64,000 nt of DNA from positions 32,001 to 96,000 of IMG/VR virus record IMGVR_UViG_3300036762_000065; one strand, given 5' to 3'. Below the pieces are notes generated by a model that was given only the letters and a program-made list of their open reading frames with translations, was not told the DNA's origin and searched no databases. Below are positions 32,792 through 42,259 of this stretch, piece by piece; position 1 is the stretch's first letter, and each line of letters opens with the position of its first letter. Source of the stretch: a virus. Lineage: Duplodnaviria > Caudoviricetes. Both the position numbers and the translations under genes were made by a program.

Positions 32792-35700
32792 ATGCCTCAA
32801 GCATTAGCTACTTTTATCAACAATGCTATTAGTATTGCCGATAAAAGAAATCTTGCAAAAGAAAACCCCATTGTTGTTACTATTCCGCAAACAAATGCTG
32901 AAGAGATAATTACTGTAGTATCTTTCATGGAACCTAATCACGTTACATTACCATTTAACGTGACTTGGATTGTGGCAGACCCTGCATCAAGTGATTACAA
33001 ACGTGCTCTTAGGCGCGTTTCTGCATTACCGTTTGGCGGAAGAAGAAACACATGGGCCACATTAACCGTTTATCAAGACATTCTTGATGAGCCTCAATTC
33101 TATGATCGTACTGCAACCTTCAGTTTAGGTGAAGTAGAAACAACAGGTGTTTTACCAGCTACAGCTATAGCTAGAGGTGTGTTTAAACTTCTTCAAGCCG
33201 ACACAAACGATGCTCAAAATCCTGTGGTTGTTGGAGACAATGACCCTAGAATGACCGATGCTCGTATGCCGGTGCCACACGGACATCCTCTGTTGCCCGC
33301 TATTGCTCTTGAAGGGTCTAGCGGCATCAATGATTTCTACGTGACAATATCTGACAGTGCTCCGCCTACTCCTGGCCAAGCACTTATGATAACCGGAACA
33401 GGTACTCAACCTAATGAGTATAAAGGTATTTGGCGAACTGTAGTAGCTGCCGATATTGAGTATGACGGTCCGACTTTTGATAGCTTGACCATCAACGGAC
33501 CTTTAGTTCCTGTAGAAGAGTTACAGCCTGTTGTGTTTAGCGCAGACGCACACTTCTCCGACAGTACAATGCAGTTGAATGTGCCTTGTACTTGGAGTAT
33601 CATTGCCAATGGCAGTGCTGCTACAATTAGTGCAACAACAGGTACGTTGAATAGTGCTGATATTGTAGGTGATCAGGTTGTACGTGTGCAAGCTCGTTAT
33701 TTGCATCCTGAAAGCGGGCAGGTTAGAATACAGACATTTGATCTTACAATATTGGATGTAACTGTTGCTAAGACACTCGTTTCTATTGCAATACAGGGAC
33801 CTGCTGATGTTAATGAGAACTCACAAGCTTCCTATACTGTAATTGCAACGTATGATGACAATTCAACAGCAGGCGTATCACCTGATACATTTACAAGTAG
33901 TAACTCCGGTGTAGGTTCTTTTGCGTCAGGTACCGGCGTTCTTACTGTACCTGAGCTACTTGCTAACCAAAGTACAACTTTAAGTGCTGCTTACACAGAA
34001 AACGGGGTTGCGCGTTCTGCAACAAAGACAGTTACAGCACACGATTTGACTGTATATCCTCAATCTGCTGTTATCAACGGACCTACAAACGTACCTGAAA
34101 ACTCCACAGCAACCTATACTATGACAGTTACGTTTACTGATCTTAGTAGTCAAGTTGTTGCAATTTCTAACTGGGCTTCAAGTAATTTGAATGCAGGTAC
34201 TATAAATGCAGTAAGTGGCGTATTGACAACTCCTGTAGAAATGGGAGCAGATGAGGCATCGACAATATCTGCAAGCTATACTAACGCAGGACGAACTGTT
34301 AGTGCTACGCTCAATATAACTTCTTTGGATACTACAAATTATCCTGAAAGTGCTACAATTATAGGCGCTACTTCAATTGATGAAGGCAGTAATACAACTA
34401 CCTATCAACTGGAAGTTACGTTTACAGATAACACTACTGCAATTGTTCCTGTTGCTAATTGGACGTCTACCGATACCGCATTAGCAACGATAGACAGCGT
34501 TAGCGGTGTGCTTACAAGTGCTGCCAACATTAAACCTAGCGGAACAACCACAATATCTGCATCTTATACTGCCGAAGGGCGTACTGTAAGTGCAACCGAA
34601 GATGTTATTGTTAACGATACTACAAACTATCCTGTCAGTGCGCAGATCGTAGGTAGTGGAAGTATGAATGAAGGTACTGTGCAGAACTTGATTTTGCGCG
34701 TTACGTATCTTGATAGTAGTGTTGCTGATGTTGTTACCAATAACTGGAATTCAAGCAATCCTGCTGTAGCAACAGTAGATTCAGCCACTGGCATACTTAC
34801 AAGTGCTGCCAACGTTATAGGTAATCAAAATACTCAAATTACATGTAGTTATATCGAGCACGGGGAGCAGGTCACTCCGACAGCCTTGAGTGTTAACATT
34901 ATTGATATTACAGCATATCCTGTAAGTGCAGTTATTGAAGGTCTAAGTACCGTATCGGAAAGCACGACAACTACATACCAGTTGCGAGTTACTTTCGACA
35001 ACAGTACAAACAGTATTCAACCTGTATCAAACTGGGCTATCGACAACGGAGCTGCGGGAACAATTAACGCTTCTACAGGTGTGTTTAATGCAGCACCTGG
35101 TCTGCTGTCTAATGAACTTGCTAATATCACAGCTAGTTATACATTAGATGGTAATACAGTAAACGCAACGAAAGCTATAACAGTAACCGATGATACGGTT
35201 TATCCTGCGTCTGCGGTTATTTTGGGCGCTAATACAGTAGACGAAACAACAACTTCTGTATATCAAATGTCTGTTACGTTTACAGATGCTACCGTACAGA
35301 CAGTATCAATCTCTAACTGGGCAGTGGACAACACAGGCGCTGCTGGTATTAATGCTAACACCGGCTTACTGTCTGCATTGGATGTTGTCGGAGATAAAGC
35401 AGTAAACATTACAGGCAGCTACACTGCACAGGGCGTTACTGTCAATGCTACCAAGCTTATTACAGTCCGTGACTTGACAGTGTATCCTGTAAGTGCTGCT
35501 ATTATAGGTAATGCTACGGTAGCAGAAGGCTCTAGTGCAACATACCAGATGCAGGTTACTTATGATGATGCCTCTACTGCTATTGTAGGTATTACAAATT
35601 GGGTGTCTGATAATCTGTCACTTGCTACAATTAACGCAACGACAGGAGTTCTTCAAGCTACTGCAAACGTTGTCGGCAACCAAGTTGTTAATATAAGTGC

Positions 35701-38700
35701 TAGTTACACACAGAACGGAGTGACCGTAAATGGCACTACTGCAATTACTGTCTCGGATACCACGGCGTATCCTGTAAGTGCTGTGATTGTAGGGAACGCT
35801 TCCGTTGCAGAAAGTACAAGCACAAGTTATACCTTGTCTGTCACATTCTCGGATATGTCTGTTTCTACAGTGACAGTATCAAACTGGGCTATCGACAACG
35901 GAGCAGCAGGAACAATTAACGCTTCGACCGGTGTGTTTGTTGCGGCAGCAAATAATACGAAAGTAGATATTGTTGGGAACGTCTCCTGTAGTTATACACT
36001 AGATGGAACTACAGTTACACCAACTCCGTTGGCAGTGTCGGTTATTGACACTACGGCGTATCCTGTATCAGCACGTATAGTAGGACCTGCGGCAGTTGCA
36101 GAAGGTAGCGCATTAGAAACGTACTTGTTTGAAGTTACCTTTAGCGATGCAAGCGTAGTTAATCGTAACATAACCGACTGGGCTTCAAGTAATCCTACTG
36201 CCGGTACAATAGTATCAACAACAGGAGCATTCACTGCTGCAACCGATAATCCTTATGATGAAGTTACTCAGTTAAGCGGTAGCTTTACAGAGAACGGAGA
36301 CACTGTTACGGCTACTTTAGATGTTACGGTTACTGATGTTACAGTATATCCTGCTTCATTAGCTATCATAGGCTCTACTGTTGTTAACGAAAGTGACGGT
36401 ACTGTGGCATATACTGCACAGGTAACGTACATTAATAGTTCAACTGCTATTGTTAGTGTAACAGACTGGGCTATGACCGGCTCTGCGGCTAACGTAGGAA
36501 CAATTAACGCAACTACTGGTGTGTTGACACTACCTACTGATGTTGTAGGCGATCAAAGTTCAACCTTAACTTGTAGTTACACAGAGTTTGGCATTACTGT
36601 CAACGCCTCTCAAGTTATTAATATTGTCGATGATGTGTTGAAACCTGTATCTGCTGCTATTACAGGACCTGCTACAGTTGATGAGAATGATGTAGGTTCA
36701 TATGTATTGACAGTTACCTACGATGATAGCTCCACTGCCGTTGTAAGTGCTACAGACTGGGCCTCAAGTAATGGAGTTGCAGGAGCAATCGTTGCAACAA
36801 CAGGAGCCTTCACAGCTAATACCGATGTGCCTAGTAATCAAGTTACTAACTTGACTGCAAGTTACACTGAAAACGGAGTTACTGTCAACGCTACATTGCC
36901 TATTACTGTAATTGATACCACAGTCTATGTTGTTAGTGCCCAGATACTAGGTACTGCTTCTATGGACGAAGGGGATTCGGCAACGTACCAGTTGCAGGTA
37001 ACTTATCAAGATACATCCACAGCTATTGTTAGTGTAACAGACTGGGCTTCGAGTAATCCTACAGCAGGAGCAATTAACGCGACAAGTGGTGTGTTTATTG
37101 CAACTGCGGATGTTACAGGCAATCAGAGTACAACACTGACAGCTAGTTATACAGAAAATTCTGTTACTGTAACAGGCACTCGTGTTATAAACGTACTTGA
37201 TACAACCAACTTGCCTGTGTCTGTTGCTATTACAGGACCTGCTACTATTAACGAAAATGAAGTTGCCAGTTATGTTGCTACTGTAACGTATCAAGATGCC
37301 TCAACTGTTGTGCAAACAACTAGCGTGTTGGGTAACTGGACAAGAACAAACGCGCTATCAGGTAACATCGGTAGTAACACAGGTCAGTTTGGCGCAATCG
37401 AAGTTGCAGGTAATCAAGCTACTGATATAACATTTACTTTTACTCAGTACGGGCAGACAGTCAATGACACTATTTCTATTACTGTTGTGGACGTTGTGCC
37501 AGTGTCTCTGGTTATATCAGGCCCAACGACAGCACTTGAAAACGGACCTAATGTCAATCTCGTTGCTACTGTTACTTATAGCGATTCCTCTACTGCTGTT
37601 GTTACCAACGCAGCAACTTGGGGAAGTTCTAATGTATCTGTTGCCTCAGTAGGAACTTCTACTGGGGTTGTTGTACCGTCGTCTAATGTTGTCGGAGACC
37701 AGCCTGTTGTTATAAGTGCTTCGTTTGTATCAGATGCTACAACAGTAAACGCTACGTATAACATGACGGTAGTAGAATCAGTTAAACGTCCTGCGTCTAT
37801 TGAAATTACTGGACCTGCTACGGTTAACGAAGGCTCAAATACAATTAACCTTGTAGCTACCGTAACCTATGATGATGCTACTACAGCAATTGTAACATCA
37901 TCATCCTCGTGGGTAAGTGCGAACAACGGTGTTGCAACTGTCGGTGCTGCTACAGGCGTTGTAACTTCAACAGATAATGTTGTTGGCGACACTCCTGTGA
38001 ATGTCTCCGTTAGTTACACTGAAAACGGTGTTACTGTTAATGATACGTATGCTGTTACTGTAGCGGAAGCTATACTGAGGCCGGTTAGTGTTGTTGTGTC
38101 TGGACCTACTACTGTCAACGAAGGTTCAAATACAATTAACCTTGTAGCTACCGTTACATACGATGATACTTCTAGCGTTATCACAACTGCTAGTGTTAAC
38201 GGTACGTGGACATCAGATGCCCCTGCAATTGCCACAGTCGGTGCTGCTACAGGCGTTGTTACAAGTGCGTCAAACATTGTCGGCAACCAAGTAGCCAACG
38301 TAACTTATAGCTACACTGAAAACGGTGTTACTGTTAATGATGTATACGCAATAACTGTAGCGGAAGCTATACTAAGACCTGTTAGTGTTGTTGTGTCTGG
38401 ACCTACTGTTGTTGCAGAAGGATCAAACACGATCAATCTTGCAGCTACCGTAACGTATGAGGATGCGTCAAGTGCTGTTACTACAGCCAGTGTTAATGGT
38501 GTGTGGGGAAGTTCTAATAACAGTATAGCTACCGTTGATTCTAACGGACTTGTAACAAGTGCTTCTGATATTGTCGGCAACCAAGCTGTTAACATAACTT
38601 ACAGTTACACTGAAAATGGAGATACTGTTAACGACACTTACTCCATTACAGTTACCGAGGCAATCAAGCGCCCTGCTTCTATTGCAATAACCGGTCCTGT

Positions 38701-41431
38701 TACAGTGTCGGAAGGCTCGAACACAATTAACCTAGTAGCTACCGTAACATATGATGATGCAACAACATTAGACGTTACTACTGCAAGCACATGGTCATCT
38801 TCAGACAATGCAGTGGCTACAATCGGAGCAGCGACCGGCGTTGTTACAAGTGCTAACAGTGTTATAGGTAATCAGCCTGTTGACATATCCATTAGTTATA
38901 CAGAGAGCGGCGTTACTGTCACTGATACTTACTCAATAACAGTAACCGAAGGAGCATTAACTCCAGTTAGTGTTGCTATTACTGGACCTATTACTGTATC
39001 GGAAGGCTCGAACACAATTAACCTTGTAGCTACCGTAACCTATGATGACACTTCAACTGCTGTTGTTACTACAACAGGAGCATGGACAAGTACAAACAGT
39101 GCAGTCGCTACAATAGGAGCGTCTACTGGTGTTGTTACATCGGCATCTAATATCGTAGGAGATCAAGCAGTATCTTTCGACTTTAGTTACACGGAGAACT
39201 CTGTTACTGTTAACGCAGTACAGCATAACGTTACTGTAGTGGAATCTATACTGAGGCCCGTTAGTGTTGTAATTACAGGACCTGCTAGTGCAGACGAAGG
39301 TAGTGTAGCAGGTAATTTTGCTGCTACAGTTACTTACGATGATACTTCGACCGCTGTTGTTACTACAACAGGAACTTGGTCATCAGACAACGTTGCTTTA
39401 GTTGTAGTTCCATCTACAGGTGCTTATACTACTGCCCAAAACGTTGTAGGTAATCAGTCGGTTACAGTGACATTTACCTACACTGAAAACGGAGCTACTG
39501 TTAATGATACTCATGCGTTTACGGTTAACGAAGTTGCCAAGACACCTGTTAGTATTGCAATAACAGGGTCGGCTACTGTGAGTGAAGGGGCAAACACAAG
39601 TCCTTTAACTGCTACTGTAACCTATGACGATGCAACAACATTAGACGTTACTACAACAAGTACATGGTCGTCAGGTACGCCGGCTGTTGCTACAATCGGT
39701 GCATCTACTGGACTTGTAACAAGCGCATTGGACATTGTAGGTAATCAACCTGTAGTTCTTAGCGTTAGTTATACTGAGAACGGTCAAACTGTAAACAACA
39801 CGCACAACATGACTGTTGTTGAGGCAATTAAACGTCCGACAGCTATCACTATTACTGGACCTACTACTATTGCAGAAGGCTCGAATACAGCCAACTTAAC
39901 CGCTACTGTAACTTATGATGACGCAACAACAGCAAACGTTACAGTATCTAGTGCGTGGACATCGGATGTTCCTGCAATTGCAGCGGTAGGGGCAGCGACC
40001 GGTGTTGTTACAAGTGCTTCGGATATCATAGGCAATCAGGCGGCAGTAATCTCTGTTAGTTATACAGAAAACTCTGTCACAGTTACCGATACACATAACA
40101 TGACTGTTACTGAGGCGATTAAACGTCCAGTTAGTGTTGCTATTACAGGACCTATTACTGTTAACGAAGGCTCAAATACAATTAACCTTGTATCAACTGT
40201 AACGTATGATGATGCGACAACCTCTGTTACTACATCAAGTGTTAATGGTACTTGGGGAAGTTCTAATAACGGTATTGCAACTGTAGGAACTACAACAGGT
40301 GTTGTTACAAGTGCTAACAGTGTTGTCGGAAACCAAGCTGTTACTATCAACTACAGTTATACGGAGAACGGACAGACAGTTAATAGCAGTCATAACATGA
40401 CCGTTGTTGAGGCAATTAAACGTCCGTCATCTATAGTGATTACTGGACCTACTTCAGTCAATGAAGGCTCAAATACAATTAACCTTGTAGCTACCGTTAC
40501 TTATGACGATAGTACTACTGCTGTTGTAACCTCCTCATCTACATGGACTTCATCAAGTCCTGTAGTTGCTACAGTCGGAGCCGCGACAGGTGTTGTTACA
40601 TCTGCATCTAACGTGCTAGGTAATCAGGTAACTACTATAACTGTTAGTTATACAGAGAGCGGTCAGACGGTTAACGATACTCATGTTGTAACTGTAGTAG
40701 AGTCGATCAAACGTCCTGCTAGTGTGGTAATTACAGGGCCTACTGCTGTTGACGAAGGTTCAAATACTATCAACCTAGTAGCTACCGTTACTTATGACGA
40801 TAGTACTACTGCTGTTCGTACAACAACAGGAACATGGTCCTCTAGTAACAATACCGTTGCAACTGTAGGAGCTTCTACAGGAGTACTTACAAGTGCTGCT
40901 GATGTGGCGTCCAACACTAACGTCACTATCACATTTAGTTATACGGAGAACTCTGTGACTGTTAACGATACTCATGTTGTTACTGTTAATAATGTTACTG
41001 TCACTATACCTAAAGCTAGATTCGGCTATGGTATATTTGCAGGCCCTAACTTAGATCAGAACGGGTTTACAGGCCCTCAGAGCATTATGGATACAGTCCT
41101 GACAAGTCAAGTAACAGACAACGTTGACATGGTCACTTTCTTAGGAGCAGGTGGTGATGGTTCTACTACATACGGCTACTTTGCATATCCTGTAGAACTT
41201 GGATTGTTAGCACAAAGTGAGTTCCAAGATACTTCAAATTTGTTTACCGGAGGATGGGAAGGTATTGACGGTCCGTTTGATGCTGCGGTGCCTTATGTTA
41301 ACTGGACGCCGGACGGACCTAATATAGTTAGTATGAGTGACGGCAGTGGCGTAAGAAATTGGTACATCTATCGTACTGATTTCCCAATTCAAAATCTCAC
41401 GTTCCGTGTTATTAATTGGCCAAACGTTTAA
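32792..41431 (+). CDS. Giant fibre/whisker protein with 26 tandem Ig-like (Big_2-like) repeats
   Basis: ATG 32792 follows TTGGAG. 26 units of ~95-100 aa (PxSxxIxGP...VTYDD...W.SS...GVVT...SYTENG); distinct C-terminal tip domain. Confidence 0.85.
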   Translation: MPQALATFINNAISIADKRNLAKENPIVVTIPQTNAEEIITVVSFMEPNHVTLPFNVTWIVADPASSDYKRALRRVSALPFGGRRNTWATLTVYQDILDEPQFYDRTATFSLGEVETTGVLPATAIARGVFKLLQADTNDAQNPVVVGDNDPRMTDARMPVPHGHPLLPAIALEGSSGINDFYVTISDSAPPTPGQALMITGTGTQPNEYKGIWRTVVAADIEYDGPTFDSLTINGPLVPVEELQPVVFSADAHFSDSTMQLNVPCTWSIIANGSAATISATTGTLNSADIVGDQVVRVQARYLHPESGQVRIQTFDLTILDVTVAKTLVSIAIQGPADVNENSQASYTVIATYDDNSTAGVSPDTFTSSNSGVGSFASGTGVLTVPELLANQSTTLSAAYTENGVARSATKTVTAHDLTVYPQSAVINGPTNVPENSTATYTMTVTFTDLSSQVVAISNWASSNLNAGTINAVSGVLTTPVEMGADEASTISASYTNAGRTVSATLNITSLDTTNYPESATIIGATSIDEGSNTTTYQLEVTFTDNTTAIVPVANWTSTDTALATIDSVSGVLTSAANIKPSGTTTISASYTAEGRTVSATEDVIVNDTTNYPVSAQIVGSGSMNEGTVQNLILRVTYLDSSVADVVTNNWNSSNPAVATVDSATGILTSAANVIGNQNTQITCSYIEHGEQVTPTALSVNIIDITAYPVSAVIEGLSTVSESTTTTYQLRVTFDNSTNSIQPVSNWAIDNGAAGTINASTGVFNAAPGLLSNELANITASYTLDGNTVNATKAITVTDDTVYPASAVILGANTVDETTTSVYQMSVTFTDATVQTVSISNWAVDNTGAAGINANTGLLSALDVVGDKAVNITGSYTAQGVTVNATKLITVRDLTVYPVSAAIIGNATVAEGSSATYQMQVTYDDASTAIVGITNWVSDNLSLATINATTGVLQATANVVGNQVVNISASYTQNGVTVNGTTAITVSDTTAYPVSAVIVGNASVAESTSTSYTLSVTFSDMSVSTVTVSNWAIDNGAAGTINASTGVFVAAANNTKVDIVGNVSCSYTLDGTTVTPTPLAVSVIDTTAYPVSARIVGPAAVAEGSALETYLFEVTFSDASVVNRNITDWASSNPTAGTIVSTTGAFTAATDNPYDEVTQLSGSFTENGDTVTATLDVTVTDVTVYPASLAIIGSTVVNESDGTVAYTAQVTYINSSTAIVSVTDWAMTGSAANVGTINATTGVLTLPTDVVGDQSSTLTCSYTEFGITVNASQVINIVDDVLKPVSAAITGPATVDENDVGSYVLTVTYDDSSTAVVSATDWASSNGVAGAIVATTGAFTANTDVPSNQVTNLTASYTENGVTVNATLPITVIDTTVYVVSAQILGTASMDEGDSATYQLQVTYQDTSTAIVSVTDWASSNPTAGAINATSGVFIATADVTGNQSTTLTASYTENSVTVTGTRVINVLDTTNLPVSVAITGPATINENEVASYVATVTYQDASTVVQTTSVLGNWTRTNALSGNIGSNTGQFGAIEVAGNQATDITFTFTQYGQTVNDTISITVVDVVPVSLVISGPTTALENGPNVNLVATVTYSDSSTAVVTNAATWGSSNVSVASVGTSTGVVVPSSNVVGDQPVVISASFVSDATTVNATYNMTVVESVKRPASIEITGPATVNEGSNTINLVATVTYDDATTAIVTSSSSWVSANNGVATVGAATGVVTSTDNVVGDTPVNVSVSYTENGVTVNDTYAVTVAEAILRPVSVVVSGPTTVNEGSNTINLVATVTYDDTSSVITTASVNGTWTSDAPAIATVGAATGVVTSASNIVGNQVANVTYSYTENGVTVNDVYAITVAEAILRPVSVVVSGPTVVAEGSNTINLAATVTYEDASSAVTTASVNGVWGSSNNSIATVDSNGLVTSASDIVGNQAVNITYSYTENGDTVNDTYSITVTEAIKRPASIAITGPVTVSEGSNTINLVATVTYDDATTLDVTTASTWSSSDNAVATIGAATGVVTSANSVIGNQPVDISISYTESGVTVTDTYSITVTEGALTPVSVAITGPITVSEGSNTINLVATVTYDDTSTAVVTTTGAWTSTNSAVATIGASTGVVTSASNIVGDQAVSFDFSYTENSVTVNAVQHNVTVVESILRPVSVVITGPASADEGSVAGNFAATVTYDDTSTAVVTTTGTWSSDNVALVVVPSTGAYTTAQNVVGNQSVTVTFTYTENGATVNDTHAFTVNEVAKTPVSIAITGSATVSEGANTSPLTATVTYDDATTLDVTTTSTWSSGTPAVATIGASTGLVTSALDIVGNQPVVLSVSYTENGQTVNNTHNMTVVEAIKRPTAITITGPTTIAEGSNTANLTATVTYDDATTANVTVSSAWTSDVPAIAAVGAATGVVTSASDIIGNQAAVISVSYTENSVTVTDTHNMTVTEAIKRPVSVAITGPITVNEGSNTINLVSTVTYDDATTSVTTSSVNGTWGSSNNGIATVGTTTGVVTSANSVVGNQAVTINYSYTENGQTVNSSHNMTVVEAIKRPSSIVITGPTSVNEGSNTINLVATVTYDDSTTAVVTSSSTWTSSSPVVATVGAATGVVTSASNVLGNQVTTITVSYTESGQTVNDTHVVTVVESIKRPASVVITGPTAVDEGSNTINLVATVTYDDSTTAVRTTTGTWSSSNNTVATVGASTGVLTSAADVASNTNVTITFSYTENSVTVNDTHVVTVNNVTVTIPKARFGYGIFAGPNLDQNGFTGPQSIMDTVLTSQVTDNVDMVTFLGAGGDGSTTYGYFAYPVELGLLAQSEFQDTSNLFTGGWEGIDGPFDAAVPYVNWTPDGPNIVSMSDGSGVRNWYIYRTDFPIQNLTFRVINWPNV

Positions 41432-41441
41432 CTTAACTCTA

Positions 41442-41470
41442 TAGAGGCTTGAAATATAGCCTCTAGTTTA
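41442..41470 (+). terminator. Hairpin, probable weak terminator
   Basis: TAGAGGCT-tgaaatat-AGCCTCTA then GTTTA. Confidence 0.5.
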
Positions 41471-41489
41471 ATTATTTGGAGATTTACCA

Positions 41490-42245
41490 ATGCCTATTAC
41501 ACTTAGTTCTTTTTTACTACCTGCGGCTTCCGTACCGTTTTTGTCAGAAGATATACATTTACGTGGTGGTTTTATGACAGTTGCGGATGCGGCTGCTCGG
41601 GATGCATTACACTTAGCTAAACGCAAGAAAGGTATGATAGTTGTCACACAAGATACAGGAGAGTGGTGGACAATCGGCGACAGTATTAATACGTGGGAGC
41701 CTGCGGATCTTTCTAGTAAGCTGAGTCTCGGTGATGGATTTTCTGTAGATGGTTCAGGCAACATAGTCTTTGACGGTGCTGATGTTGCTACAGAAGGACA
41801 AGTATTTACCAAAGTAGGAGGCTCTTTAGTCTGGGCAGATGCTTCCGGAGGTGGCGGCGGGTTTACACCTACACGTACAACTATTATTGAAGCTACAGGT
41901 TCTTTGTCTCAAGATCAATCTGAAAATATTGATTTTGCAGGAGCTGGTAACGTTGCTATGATTATCTCGCTCACAGTAAATCAACCTGATATATTGGTTG
42001 AGTGTTTTTCTAATAGTGCGCGAACTTCATCAAACCCTTATAGTTTTCTATCGAGAACCGGGCATTTGACGGACGATGGTACGAGTCTGCTCGAAGACTT
42101 AAGTACTCAGTATAATAGGCGTTATGCATTTGTTGTTAATGATGAGTTAGGTAACGGGCCTAAGTATTACTTTAAAGTAACGAATAAAGGCGCAACCCCT
42201 GTTAGCACATCTGTTAGTATAAACTTTTTAATTTTGCAGCCTTAA
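41490..42245 (+). CDS. Tail fibre-associated structural protein
   Basis: RGGFMTVADAAARDAL...GMIVVT and GQVFTK...W..ASGGGG are typical fibre segments. Confidence 0.6.
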   Translation: MPITLSSFLLPAASVPFLSEDIHLRGGFMTVADAAARDALHLAKRKKGMIVVTQDTGEWWTIGDSINTWEPADLSSKLSLGDGFSVDGSGNIVFDGADVATEGQVFTKVGGSLVWADASGGGGGFTPTRTTIIEATGSLSQDQSENIDFAGAGNVAMIISLTVNQPDILVECFSNSARTSSNPYSFLSRTGHLTDDGTSLLEDLSTQYNRRYAFVVNDELGNGPKYYFKVTNKGATPVSTSVSINFLILQP

Positions 42246-42259
42246 TGTAGGAGTTTGTA

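Noticed and set aside
37700-41000. CRISPR array or diversity-generating retroelement repeats
   Set aside because: The repeats are in-frame Ig-domain units of ~290-300 nt. There are no unique spacers, no adenine-specific variation noticed and no reverse transcriptase.
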